Of a stretch of DNA of 64,000 nt, positions 11,118-23,776 are shown in pieces. The notes beneath the pieces were generated by a model. It searched no databases. It was given only the letters and a program-made list of their open reading frames with translations, and was not told where the DNA came from. Source of the DNA: Terriglobia bacterium (GTDB lineage: Bacteria > Acidobacteriota > Terriglobia > 20CM-2-55-15); the NCBI GenBank assembly GCA_965218585.1, contig CBDCLE010000024.1, positions 1 through 64,000 on the forward strand. The letters run 5' to 3'. A program made the position numbers and the translations under genes. The stretch's first letter is position 1, and each line of letters opens with the position of its first letter.

Positions 11118-11654
11118 ATGAAACTTAGAGTTATAGCTATCACGACGTTGTGCCTCGCAGTGGCGGCACCCGTCATCGGGCAGAGCCGCCGCGGCGGCTT
11201 TGGAACTCCGACGCCCCTGCCAGGAGTTGACGACCGGGGGGCAAGGACGGGTGAGTTCCCTGGCCGCGGAGAACGAGATCCCCTGGGTCCGCTTCCCGAA
11301 GCTCTGGACCTGACAGAGAGCCAGATTGCCAGCCTCCAGGCCTTGCTTGAGCAGCGCCAGATAGCGCAAGAAGGTTTTCGCGGCGAGATGGAAGCGGCTC
11401 GCCAGGCGTTCCAGGAGGCCGTAGAAAGCCGTGACCCGACTGCCATCGGCAATGCTTTTCTGGCCCAGCGAGACTTGCAGGAACAACTGCAGGCCCTAAA
11501 TGAGCAGTTTATGGCAGACTTCAGACTTCTTCTGAACTTTGATCAGCAGGAGCTGCTCGACGCTCTCGAAGCGTTCGGTCGCGGTGGTTTTGGAGGTAGT
11601 TTCGGCCTCGGAGAAGGGCGTGGCAACCTCCAGAGACGCTCCGGCGGTCAGTAA
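11118..11654 (+). CDS. Spy/CpxP-like periplasmic protein
   Basis: Signal peptide, ALDLTESQ and LLNFDQQ (LTXXQ-like motifs), helical core, Gly-rich tails; lies next to an OmpR-type two-component pair. Confidence 0.7.
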   Translation: MKLRVIAITTLCLAVAAPVIGQSRRGGFGTPTPLPGVDDRGARTGEFPGRGERDPLGPLPEALDLTESQIASLQALLEQRQIAQEGFRGEMEAARQAFQEAVESRDPTAIGNAFLAQRDLQEQLQALNEQFMADFRLLLNFDQQELLDALEAFGRGGFGGSFGLGEGRGNLQRRSGGQ

Positions 11655-11781
11655 ATACGAAGAAGGGTTTCGGGGTGGGCTCCCCGCCCCGAAACATATC
11701 AGTCCTAGCCATTGGCGACTCCAACAAGTGTCGTCGCCTTCACTCGTCGCTCTCACTCGTCGCTTGCATTCGTCGCTTTCC

Positions 11782-12489
11782 TCAGTCTTCAAATCGGTAG
11801 CCTTTCCCACGAACTGTCATGATATGGCGCGGCGATCTCGGGTTGGTCTCGATCTTTTGTCTCAGCCATGCAATGTGGACATCCACCGTTCTCGTGAACG
11901 GGATGGCTCTGTAACCCCAGACTTCTTTCAGCAGCGTCTCCCGGGAAGCGACCTCACCCCGATGCCGTACCAGATAGCTCAGTAGTTGGGATTCCTGCTC
12001 GGCAAGGTCGGTTATCTCTCCGTTGCGCGTCAATTGGTTTCGAGCGAAATCGACTCGAACGTCCCCGAACTCGTATGAGTCGACATTTGGGCCGCCGTCT
12101 CTCTGCGTACGTCGCAACAGCGCTTCGATTCTGGCAAGAAGTTCTTCAGCCTCGAAAGGTTTGGTCAGGTAGTCGTCCGCACCGGACCGCAGTCCTCCCA
12201 CTTTGTCTTCGAGTTCGTCTCGGGCGGTCAGCATGATGATCGGTGTATCAACGCCCCGGCTTCGAAGGCTGCTGGATATTTCGAATCCGCTCATCGAGGG
12301 GAGCATCACGTCCAGCAGTATGAGATCGTGGGCCCCTTCACTGGCAGCGTCAAGCGCAAGAACCCCGTCGCCTTGTGTTTCGACCCGATATCCTTCGGCG
12401 CCGAGCATATCGCCCAGCGCGCGTGCCAGAGACGGCTCGTCTTCGACCAGTAGAACTCGTCTTTGTTGTTCGGCTACTACCGCGTTCAA
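11782..12489 (-). CDS. OmpR/PhoB family DNA-binding response regulator
   Basis: LLVEDE, LLDVMLP, MLTAR, GADDYLTKPF, TRTVDVHIAWLRQK, TVRGKGYRF. Confidence 0.95.
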   Translation of the reverse strand: MNAVVAEQQRRVLLVEDEPSLARALGDMLGAEGYRVETQGDGVLALDAASEGAHDLILLDVMLPSMSGFEISSSLRSRGVDTPIIMLTARDELEDKVGGLRSGADDYLTKPFEAEELLARIEALLRRTQRDGGPNVDSYEFGDVRVDFARNQLTRNGEITDLAEQESQLLSYLVRHRGEVASRETLLKEVWGYRAIPFTRTVDVHIAWLRQKIETNPRSPRHIMTVRGKGYRFED

Positions 12490-13299
12490 TGTTTTACTCC
12501 TTATGAGACAAATCGTTCGATCACTGGCTGCTATGGATGAGAGGCACGTGCAGCGTGAAACTCGTTACCGGGTTCACTTGATACCGTCACTTCGCCGTTC
12601 TGACCTTCGATCATCCTACGGACCAGGCTCAGGCCCAGGCCGCTTCCCGGGGTACGTCCGACATGCCGGCCGCGATAAAACGGTTCGAACAGATGCCCGA
12701 GGTCGGAAGGATTGATCGCTCCCCCAGAGTTGCTGACGCTGAGTTGGATCCGGTCTGTGGGTTTGTCATGATGTGCCTCTATCACGACTGTCTCGTCGGC
12801 TGGTCCGTACTTGAGTGCGTTGACAACGAGATTTCCCAATGAGTGTCCGAGCGCAGTTTCATCCGCGAGCACCGGTGGCAGTTCAGGATCGATATCGATC
12901 CGCACCTTTCCGAGCGCTTCCTCTGACGAGGGGAATATGACACTCAGGGCGCTTTCAACCACATGTTCGACGTCCACGGGTCGCAGATCGTAGTCACGAC
13001 GTCCCGATTCGGTTTGGGCGAACTGTATGACCTGATCGACCATCTGAGAGAGTCGCCGCCCCTCGGCCTTCACCATTGCAGCGTATTCGCGAACTTCTTC
13101 AGGTTTGCTCACTACACCGGAAGCTATGTTGTGGGCCGCAGTTCGGATCGTTGCAAGCGGGGTTCTCAATTCGTGAGAAATTCCGGCTGCGAATTCCATT
13201 TGGAGCCGGCCGATGGAACGAACTCGTTCGGACCAAATGATGGTCTGAACCGCCCCGGGTTTTCCGGAGACTCCATTTCTTGAGAGGATGGGAGTCATC

Positions 13300-14696
<1,397 letters not shown>

Positions 14697-15799
14697 TGAA
14701 GGGGACTGCCTGGGGACCCAGGCCGGGGCGAAGCCCTTCAGGAGGCAAACCGAAACCCATAGAACGTCTGGGCACTCGACCCCGACCACGGTCTCGCCCT
14801 CGGGCGGGAGCCACCCCATCCCTCGGAGGCGCTTGGGGAGCCAACGCTCGGATCGCAACGTCGGGTGAGGCCATCGTGTTTCGGGACAGTTCTTCTTCGG
14901 ATCGGAAAACGATCTCGTCGGATTGACTCGATTCGAATACAACGACTTCGTAATCTTCTGGATCAAAATGTGTCTCGACTACATCTGGCAGGAGATCTGA
15001 CGCAAAGGCGCGGGTGTCGATTTCGACAAGAGTCCATCCCGCGAAGCCTCGTTCGATGTTGCCTTCCCACAAGTCGAGCGCTCGGACCATAGGGGCCAGT
15101 ATCCAGGCGGAATCATTTTTTTCGGAAACCTGGTCACCGGAAACTTGAGCCTCATCGGGGGCCGAGTTGCGCCGGAAGTCGAACCGTGTTCGGGAAAAGT
15201 CCGTGAGTTGGTCCAGGTGAGCCTTCAATAGCTCGGTCGCCTCGGACCAGGGTATCGTGACGAGCGTTCCGGATTCCGGATCGAAACGGAGCAGATTCAG
15301 TTCGCCGTCGGTGTCCCGAGTCGAAACATAAACAGATCTGACGATGTCCGGGTACGGGGCAGCCCCATTCCAGCGGTCCAGGTTCCGTGCGAGCTGTCCC
15401 TCCAGCGCAAAGGTTTCAGTTGGAGGTTGGGTCTGGAAGCTTAGCGCGATACTGGAGAATTCCCCGAAAATGTCGTCAATGAAGCGACGGGTTGAGGCGT
15501 CCAGCCCTTCTTCCAGCCGTTCCAGCTCCGATTCGCTTATCTGTCCGATCCACTGATATTGGAGAAAGGCCAGCACTGGAAGGAGCAGGCACAACCCGCC
15601 CATAAGGATGATCGACAGCGGAAGCCGGGATCGAATGGCCTGGATCGATTTCATGAGTTGGACCACACACTTGTGGGGTTGTCCGCTTAGACAGGGTGGG
15701 GCTGGGAAACGTTTAGCCTGATTGCGAAATAGCCGCCAGCCGGTAGGTGAGGGCTGATCGCTTATTCACGAACCAGAATAGGGCAGATACCGGGGTGAA

Positions 15800-17077
15800 T
15801 CAGGGAGAGGACTTGTCGGAAGTGGTCGTCCACCTGCGGATCAAGGTTGGCAGGTAGTTGGCGGGGACTGGCTCGCTCACGAGTTCTCCCTGGACCGCAT
15901 CGCAGCCCGCGTCTTCCAGTATCGCCAGGGCCCGTCTGGTTTCCACACCTTCCGCGCAGACCCTCATTCCCAGGCTGTGGGCGAGGGAAATCGCGGAGCG
16001 AACAACGATCTCAGCTTCACGATGTCGCCCTAATTCATGGATGAAGGACTGATCGATCTTCAACTCGTTAAACGGGAGGCGGACGAGTTGGAGAAGAGAC
16101 GAGTACCCAGTGCCGAAGTCGTCCATGGAAAGTTCGAAGCCTTTGAGTCGGGAACGTGCCAGGACATCCATCATTTCGGGTACCGTGCCCGCCGTCGAGC
16201 TTTCAGTTACCTCGAGCGTCAACATCGAGTGTTCGAGTCCCTGTCGGTCCATCATGGCTGCGAGGCGGTCGGGGAGCGTGATGTCGGTCAGGCTGGCCGC
16301 GGAGAGATTCAAAAATATCGGAACCTTTACACCTTTTTCGTGACAGGCCTTAAGCGCGGTTAACGCCTGGTTGAGCAAAGAATCGGTGAGCGTATCAATC
16401 AGGTTCGAACGCTCGGCCAGATGAATGAAGTCCGCCGGAAGAAGAATGCCAAGCTCTGGATGTTTCCAGCGCGCGAGCACTTCCAGACCGATTATCGTAG
16501 TTTCGGCTCCAAGCGTCACTTTGGGCTGGAAGAACGGAACGACCTCGCCAGCTTCGATCGCCGCCTCCAACTGATCCTCGCCCAGGCTCGGCCGAAGAGA
16601 GAATGTCCGTCGAAGAAGGTTTTCCAGATTCGTCACCGAGACGGGCTTCTGCAGCGATCCCTGAATGGACAGGTTCCATCCCTCTCCCAGACGTTCTGCC
16701 GCATTGATCATCTTGGACTCGCTTCCGCTGATCAGCAGGATCTTCACCCTCGACGCCTTTTCCGCCAGTTGGCGCATCAGAGCGATGCCGTCGGTTTCAG
16801 GCATGACCAGATCCAGAATCACGGCCTCGGGTTCAAAGAGATCGTACTGGATCCAGAATTCCTTACCATTGGTTGCCGTCCGGACTTCACAGCCCAACCG
16901 CTCAGCGATTTCGCCGAAGACCTGCTGGATGTCAAGATCGTCATCGACGATGAGCAACCTGTTGGAAACCGCTGCGGACCGCTTTTCAATCGGTGTTTCC
17001 GCCGCCTCTTTGTCTTCGGGTTTCTCCGGGTTTTCTGGCCCGGGCGGTGGAGATGGATTTTGGGATGGTTCCGGCAA
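15800..17077 (-). CDS. Response regulator with EAL c-di-GMP phosphodiesterase domain (REC-EAL)
   Basis: LLIVDDD...LDLVMP receiver; FFQPK, EVLARW, NLS, LEVTES, MDDFGTGYSS, ELKID, AEGVE. Confidence 0.93.
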   Translation of the reverse strand: MPEPSQNPSPPPGPENPEKPEDKEAAETPIEKRSAAVSNRLLIVDDDLDIQQVFGEIAERLGCEVRTATNGKEFWIQYDLFEPEAVILDLVMPETDGIALMRQLAEKASRVKILLISGSESKMINAAERLGEGWNLSIQGSLQKPVSVTNLENLLRRTFSLRPSLGEDQLEAAIEAGEVVPFFQPKVTLGAETTIIGLEVLARWKHPELGILLPADFIHLAERSNLIDTLTDSLLNQALTALKACHEKGVKVPIFLNLSAASLTDITLPDRLAAMMDRQGLEHSMLTLEVTESSTAGTVPEMMDVLARSRLKGFELSMDDFGTGYSSLLQLVRLPFNELKIDQSFIHELGRHREAEIVVRSAISLAHSLGMRVCAEGVETRRALAILEDAGCDAVQGELVSEPVPANYLPTLIRRWTTTSDKSSP

Positions 17078-18493
17078 CCGGGATCTCGCCTCGTGGGTAG
17101 TCGAGCAACCTTCGCAGTGGGTTGGTTACATGGGGTTTATGTTAATCACTGCTCAGTGACAATAGCACGTGGACATTCTCGTGTTAAAGTTGTTTATTCG
17201 GTGAATTATAGGAATAAAATTAGTGTTTTATCGAGAAAGCGGGGTGCGGATGTCTGAAGCAGCTGTGCGGGAATCGTGGGGATAGCGAACACCGCAACTC
17301 CTGGGCGGCTTCTCGTCATCGACGACGATGAAAAAGCAGCGGCGCTGGTGGTCGATGTTGCCGAAGGAATCGGTTCGGTTGTGAAGTCGGTTCACAACTG
17401 GGAAGACTTTTGGGAGGCGTATGGGAGCTTCGAACCCACCGTGATCGTCCTCGACCTGGTGATGCCGGACGTGGACGGCGTTGAAATTCTCCGCTTTCTG
17501 GCAGACCAACAGTGCCGTGCCAAGATTCTCCTGATCAGTGGAAGTGACACCCGAACGATCGATTCGATCAAGCGATTGGGGCAATCGTTAAACCTGAATA
17601 CGGCAGGAACGATTCAGAAGCCGATAGGCGTCCTTCGTTTGGAAGCTCTCTTGAGAAAGGCCTCGGGCCTCGGCCATCCCATCGATGAGGTGGAACTCAG
17701 TAAGGCCATTCAAGGCGGTGAGATCGTTCCGTACTTTCAACCGAAGATCCAACTACTACTACTGTGTTACAAACGAAGCGGTCCACAGAACGGACAACGA
17801 GGAAGCTGCTGAATCAGGAAGCGGGCGATGCGAATGCGAAGCGTGGCAATCGAGCAGGGGTTATGTCGTTCGGGCCGGATCCGGGGTTCCGCGGGGTTTG
17901 AAGTGTTTGGGGAGTTTGGGGACGGATAGTCCAACATGCTCGACAAATGCAGAGGGGGAAAAACGGCTCCGCTCGGCGACCAGGAACCCATAAGAGGCAA
18001 TACATAAGGTGCCATGATGGTGAAATCCACGCCAGCCGCGACCTTCGTAGTGTCCCAGACCGAGTTCCTGCTTGAGTTCCTGATAGTCGCGTTCGATGAT
18101 CCAGCGCTGTTTGGCCTGACCGGCCAGATCGGAAAGCGAGGTATGGGCCCCAAGAGTGGAGAGCCAGTACCGGATCGGTTCGGATGCGGTCTTGGGCCAC
18201 TCGACCAACAACCACTCTTTCGGATGCGGCGAGTGGCGCTCGTGATCCAGATGAGCGGGACGAATGCGAACTGCGGCGAAACGGGAACGCAGGGTCTCGG
18301 AGGTGCCTTCGCGCCAGGAGACGTTCTTCCAACGCTGGGGAGACAACGAGAGGGCCAGTTGCTTGACCGAAACCGGTTGATGTTTCTTGTTGCGCTGCAT
18401 GCGGGTCGGTGTCCGTCCGCGGCCGGTCAAGGATTTCGGCGGCAAGGGACCCTGGCCCGGTTTCCACACGGTCGTGGTGCCTTGCACCCCTAG

Positions 18494-20035
18494 GAGTCTG
18501 CGCGGCAGAGCGGAAAGAACCTGGATTTATTGGGATTTGATCGTGTTGTCGGAGGCGACCGGACCGATTCTGCCGTTATGATGAACTCAGACCGGTGCGG
18601 ACTCCAGTAGTAAGCCGTGTGATAAGGGTGGCGGTCCCGGTTTTCCGGATTAGGCCCATTCGATCTTCCCGTTCATCCGTCGTAAGTTCACTGCTAGAGT
18701 CACCAGGTTCCACTCACAGGTCACCTTGTCCAAACCTCGCAGACTGAACTGTCGGAATCCGAGCACCGATTTGATCCACCCGAAGGGCGGTTCACCAATG
18801 TGCTTTCTGGCCCGGTAGCGATCACGCCCAGACGGGGATTTCATCTTTCTCGTCATCCGACCAAGCGCGGTATCTTGTGGCGGGAGGGGGGCATCGTCCA
18901 GGTCCTTCTCCCGCCCCATGGCGACATACCCATCAATTTGGCGTTGTTCTAACATCCCCAGATTCGACTCGGATCGATACCCCGCATCAGCGAGCACGCG
19001 GCCTGGAGACTCTCCCAGGTTGTTGTTCACCGCATCCAGAGTCGGCTCCAACTGCCCCACATCCGACGCATTGTCGCTCACCGTGGTCGCCACGATGATC
19101 CGGGCCTCGGAATCCACCATCGCCTGCGCGTTGTAACATTGCTGGAACCCTTCCGTGGAGGTCTTCATGATCCGGCTTTCTGGATCGGTGAAGTTCTCCT
19201 GGGCCTTGGGCTTGGGCTCGCCCATGGGGCGTTTGAATGGCTTGCCCTTCTTTCCGCTTCCCGGTTCGTCGTCTCCCGGTTTCCGTCCGGCTTCCTGGTC
19301 CGCAGCCATCTGACGTTCCTCGAGTCGCTTCATCGCCGCCTGGATCGTGGCCAGACGCTTCTTACGGGTCGCCAACCCGTCGGGTAGTTCGTCTCCGCGC
19401 CGGTCCTTGCCGTAACGCTGGTCTTCGTCCTCATCGGTCGCGGTCGCCCGGTTCAACAGATCCCGAATCTGCTCACCCAACTCGGTCTCCTGCTTCTTCA
19501 TGCGTTGATAGCTCATCGCTTTGCGTTTGCTCGCATTCGCCCGCATCTTGGTTCCGTCCACCGCTACCGTCCCCATCTTCACCAAACCCGCTTCTCGCGC
19601 CATCATCACCACTTGCACAAACAGCTTCCCGAACTCCTCAAGATGCAGTTTGCGAAAATCCGAGATCGTTCGGTGCGCGGGAAAGTTCTCGGCTCCCAAC
19701 ATCCGGAACGCCACATCTTCTCTCAACTTCGCTGCGATCTTCCTGGATGAAAACACTCCGGTCCCGTACCCATAGATCATCACCTTCACCATCATCCGCG
19801 GATCGAAGGCCTGATTGCCAGGCCCGTCAGTTCCATGCCTCTGTTCGAACCCGCTCAAATCCATCGCGTCCACAGCATCCGATATGAAGTACGACAGGTG
19901 ATCTTCGGCCAGCCAATCGCTCAGCGACGGTGGCATCAGCAGGCTCTGTTCTGGAATATAGGCTCGGTAAGTTCGTGGCATGCCCTATCTTCCATCCATT
20001 CCCGCCCAATTTCGGTCCTTCTGCCGCGCAGACTC
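18494..20035 (-). mobile_element. IS1182-family insertion sequence, 1542 bp
   Basis: Perfect 16-bp IRs GAGTCTGCGCGGCAGA; CTAG duplication at 18490-18493 and 20036-20039. Confidence 0.95.
18650..19981 (-). CDS. IS1182-family DDE transposase
   Basis: GVFSSRKI, PAHRTISDFR, AVDGTK, NFTDPESRIM, YNAQ, LADAGY, EPPFGWIK...GFRQFSLRG. Confidence 0.93.
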   Translation of the reverse strand: MPRTYRAYIPEQSLLMPPSLSDWLAEDHLSYFISDAVDAMDLSGFEQRHGTDGPGNQAFDPRMMVKVMIYGYGTGVFSSRKIAAKLREDVAFRMLGAENFPAHRTISDFRKLHLEEFGKLFVQVVMMAREAGLVKMGTVAVDGTKMRANASKRKAMSYQRMKKQETELGEQIRDLLNRATATDEDEDQRYGKDRRGDELPDGLATRKKRLATIQAAMKRLEERQMAADQEAGRKPGDDEPGSGKKGKPFKRPMGEPKPKAQENFTDPESRIMKTSTEGFQQCYNAQAMVDSEARIIVATTVSDNASDVGQLEPTLDAVNNNLGESPGRVLADAGYRSESNLGMLEQRQIDGYVAMGREKDLDDAPLPPQDTALGRMTRKMKSPSGRDRYRARKHIGEPPFGWIKSVLGFRQFSLRGLDKVTCEWNLVTLAVNLRRMNGKIEWA

Positions 20036-21470
20036 CTAGGACGTAGCTAAGTCCGAGTTCGGTGATGCCGTGCCGGAACTTGTAGTTGTTGCCGTAGGCC
20101 GTATCGCCCAGAACCGGTGCCGGAGCAATGCCGTCATCGACGGCCTGCCGGATTTGTTCCAAAGCAATTTGAGGTTTAGTTTGAAATCGAACGTCTTCGG
20201 GAATAGCGGCTTTGCTTCGACGTTCCGGATCCTTCGCCCAGGTCTCGGGGAGGTAGAGTCGCCATGCCACCGGCAAGCTGGATTTCGCTGTCGCCACCGA
20301 CAGGCTCACCGCCACCCGGCAGTTCTCAGGTTTGCCGACCTGTCCACAGTATTGCCGGGCCACACCCACCGAGTGGGTCCCCTTTTTCACGAATCCGGTG
20401 TCGTCGACAATCCAGGCTTCAATCGGACCGTTGGCTTCCATCGCCCCCAGCGCGTACTGTCGAACTTCTGCCAACAGAGCCGCATCGTCCCAGGGCGCAT
20501 CCGCGACCAGATGATGTAGCGACTGGTGCATTCGGCGTACATTATCCGGAGCCAATCGTGCAGCCATCGGCTCCACACTCTTACGTTTGATCGGCAGCAA
20601 CAACCCGGTGCAGTACGACTTCAACGGTTCATGACGATCGGCGTGTCCTGCGGCCGACGCCAGGCGTTCCAAATAGGCCGCAAAACGTTTTTCCTGAGTG
20701 CCTGGCGCCTTCGATTTGGCGCTCATGACCGGATGCTAACATAAAATAGACCGTTTGTAACATAGTAGTACTACCCGCTGGCACGATTTGTGGACTCGAG
20801 GCATTGGCCCGCTGGAAGCATCCTGACCACGGGTGATCACTCCGGACGCATTTATTCCCCTGGCAGAGCGCGGCCAATCGATTCTCGATCTGACGATATC
20901 GATCGTTGAAGGTGTTCTGGAAGAGTTGCGGCAGTGGACCCTGGAAGGGTTTGAAGTCCCGGTTTCGGTAAACCTTTCGGTGCGGTGCCTGGGAGATCTG
21001 ACCTTGCCCGATCTCCTGACCCGCTGCCTGGGTACCGACATCGACAGCTCGCTGCTCGTTTTCGAGGTGACCGAGAATCTGGATATCGGGGAAGATTCCG
21101 ATCCAACGGAGGTCTTGACCCGACTTCGTCTCAAAGGTTTCGGCTTGTCGATGGACGACTTCGGGACGGGTTATTCCACGCTTGTCCAACTGGCGCGGCT
21201 TCCGTTCACTGAACTAAAGATCGATCGGGAGTTCGTGGCTGAGATCGGTGAACATCGTGAGTCTGAAATCGTCATCGAATCGTCGGTCGCAATGGCCCAC
21301 AGCATGGGAATGACCGTATGCGCGGAAGGTGTTGAAACAGGCCAGGCTCTCGAGTTTGTTCGCAGTGCGGGTTGTGACAGTACACAGGGCTTTCTGATAT
21401 CGCGGCCGATATCTTCCGACAAGGTGCTCCCTTTTCTTCGGTCCTGGGATCCGGCCCGATTGAGTCTGAT

Positions 21471-23711
21471 CTAGCTGTCTATGATTTCGCGGAGAGTTCG
21501 GTCGAACCGATCGGGCGAACAGTCCTCCCCGACGCGCTCCAGGGCCTGACGCCGCACCTTTTCCCAAAGATCCCGGTTGGTATACAACTCGATTGAGCGT
21601 TTGCTGAGTTCCTCTGCAGTCTCACCGACCAACAGTTCTTGTCCATCGGTCCACCCCAGTTGCTGGGCCAGCAACGGCGTTGCGACGACGGGGATCCCGT
21701 AGGCAGCGGCTTCATGGACCTTGTGAGGGACGCCGGCGGAAAAACGGGTCGGTGCGATGAACACTCGGCTGTCTTCATACAGGGGCCGAAGTTCCTTCTG
21801 GGGGCCTACGACGTGCAGCGTGTCCGACGCCAGGGCCCATATGCGATCTGATTTGTTGACACCCACGACGGTGAGCGACACCTCGCCCAGATCTGTGCGA
21901 ATCCTGGGAAGGATCTCTTCGCCGAGCCAGATAACTGCATCTCCGTTGGGACTGGTGTCGTCGTGGATGGCTCCGACAAACAAAAATCCGCTCCGCTGGT
22001 CAAATCCTTGCGGTGTCGGATCGATTTCCAGGGCGTGACCGAGCACGTGGACGTTTGAAACGCCGTCCTCCCGAAACGATCGCGCCTCTCCCCCGGACAC
22101 GGAAAGCACAGCGCTTGCCGACTGCGCCAATTTGATTTCTTTGCTTAGCAGCGCCTGCTGTTTACGGGCTTCTTTGGGATTTCCCAGGACTTCGTGTTTC
22201 CGGACTTCACGTGCCGAGAAGATGGCTTCCGCATCGTAGACGACCCGCGTTTTGGAAAACCACTCGGGATGTCTTCCCATGTGTGGTGCCAACCGTTCCA
22301 TATTATGAGGACGGCTTACGAGGATGACATCGTAGAAATCGCTGCGTTCGGCCAGGAATTCTCCAAGACCCCCTCCACTACCGTGCAGCATGATTTCCAC
22401 CTCGCGGGGGACGTCGGAGTAGGCCTGGTCCCAGGCTTCATCGACGACCGCAGTGGGGTATACGGTCACGAAGTTGTTCCACTTGACCAGGCGCGTGAGC
22501 ATTCGGTGTGCTCTGGGGAAACCAGATCCGAGGTAGGAGTGGGGCACGCGGTCGTCGATGATTAAGATCCTTCGCTGTGGCGCTCCGGCCGTTCTTGCAA
22601 GCAAGACGTTCCCCTCGCCCTGGGACCGGAGGGTTCGAATTCGAGTCTGATGCCTCTCAATAAATATTTGGCGGTGACGTATTTGAAGTTCCGAGGCCTG
22701 GGCCGGGCTCCGTGAAGCGAATTCATAGTGAAGGATGGCGGCGCTGGGTTCGAAAACGACTCGATAGCCAGCGTCCCAGAGTCTGATGCAGTAATCGGTT
22801 TCCTCGTAGTATGCCGGGCTGAACACTTCATCGAAGCCGCCGAGCTGTTCGAAGAGATCCTTGCGTGTGAGCAACAATGCTCCGGAACAGTAGTCGACGT
22901 CTCGCCTGAACATATACGGCGGGGCCAGAGTGTCGTGTCCCCGGCCGTAGCCGAAGCAGGTGCCGTTGTTCCAGACGATGCTTCCGGCTTCCTGGAGCCG
23001 CCCGTCCAGAAACACGATCTTGCCGCCTACGGCTCCGATGTCTGGCGAGCTTTCGATCGTGTTTGCCAATGCGTTGAGTGTTCCGGGAAGTAAGATCGCG
23101 TCATTGTTCAACAGTAAGAGATGGTCACCCCGGGCCTGGGCAGCCCCTTGGTTGACTGCGTGTATGAAATAGAGGTTCTCTCGGTTCCTTAAGACACGCG
23201 CACCGTCAACCCGGTCAAACAGTGAAGTCGTTCGGTCGGTGGATCCGTTATCGACAATGATGAGTTCGAATCCGATGCCCTGCTGTTCGGCCAGAGAGCG
23301 GAGGCAGGGAAGAGTCAATTCGGCTCGATTGCAGACGACCAGAATTACAGAGACACGAGGTTCGGGCGTTATCGGTATGCCCAGCCGTGCACCGGATGCC
23401 AGAAACTCTTCCAGGACAATGCGGGAGGCTTTTGCGAATCCGTCTTTAAACCCGACATTCTCTGCGTCCACATTCGAACCGGCTGCTCGAGTGCCGGAGA
23501 GGCGTTCAGGACTTCGTCCGTTAAGGCGTCCGGCAAAGTCGCGTATCCGGGAGGCAATCGAACGCAACGCCTGGGTCCACCTCCAGGAACGGGACTGAAG
23601 GATGCCGCTAAGAACTCTTTCCTGTTCGGCGAGCCGTAGCTCCTTGCTTTCCAGTTGCTGCTCCAGGACGCGAACACGGGCCTGATTTGTGTTTGGGCTT
23701 TTCGAGGACAT
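21471..23711 (-). CDS. Multidomain glycosyltransferase (GT2 + GT4-like)
   Basis: GT2 motifs IIVDNGSTD, LLLNNDA, DYCSGA and AYYEETD; C-terminal GT-B motif APTRFSAGVPHKVHEAAAYGIPVV. Confidence 0.9.
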   Translation of the reverse strand: MSSKSPNTNQARVRVLEQQLESKELRLAEQERVLSGILQSRSWRWTQALRSIASRIRDFAGRLNGRSPERLSGTRAAGSNVDAENVGFKDGFAKASRIVLEEFLASGARLGIPITPEPRVSVILVVCNRAELTLPCLRSLAEQQGIGFELIIVDNGSTDRTTSLFDRVDGARVLRNRENLYFIHAVNQGAAQARGDHLLLLNNDAILLPGTLNALANTIESSPDIGAVGGKIVFLDGRLQEAGSIVWNNGTCFGYGRGHDTLAPPYMFRRDVDYCSGALLLTRKDLFEQLGGFDEVFSPAYYEETDYCIRLWDAGYRVVFEPSAAILHYEFASRSPAQASELQIRHRQIFIERHQTRIRTLRSQGEGNVLLARTAGAPQRRILIIDDRVPHSYLGSGFPRAHRMLTRLVKWNNFVTVYPTAVVDEAWDQAYSDVPREVEIMLHGSGGGLGEFLAERSDFYDVILVSRPHNMERLAPHMGRHPEWFSKTRVVYDAEAIFSAREVRKHEVLGNPKEARKQQALLSKEIKLAQSASAVLSVSGGEARSFREDGVSNVHVLGHALEIDPTPQGFDQRSGFLFVGAIHDDTSPNGDAVIWLGEEILPRIRTDLGEVSLTVVGVNKSDRIWALASDTLHVVGPQKELRPLYEDSRVFIAPTRFSAGVPHKVHEAAAYGIPVVATPLLAQQLGWTDGQELLVGETAEELSKRSIELYTNRDLWEKVRRQALERVGEDCSPDRFDRTLREIIDS

Positions 23712-23776
23712 GGGGTTTCGTTCCGACCGAATCGAGAATAGTGCTGGTCCGGAGTAACGTCAAGCGTGGGCGAGAT

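Larger units (their letters stand above)
17757..20770 (-). mobile_element. IS701-family element (1468 bp core) disrupted by IS1182
   Basis: Terminal IRs TACTACT(A/G)TGTTACAAACG; CTAC duplicated at 17753-17756 and 20771-20774. The transposase halves (20726 to about 20040, and about 18489 to 17861) match the intact copy at 47753-49072. Confidence 0.95.
17276..21474 (+). pseudogene. Second REC-EAL protein, split by the nested IS701/IS1182 insertion
   Basis: Reads YFQPKIQL up to 17756 and resumes PAGTICGLEALARWKHP after 20771. One further missing G at 20831-20833 precedes VITPDAF...MDDFGTGYS...AEGVE. Confidence 0.92.

Noticed and set aside
20834-20836. TGA in the EAL gene as a possible selenocysteine
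   Set aside because: Downstream homology is in another frame, so this is a missing G in a homopolymer.
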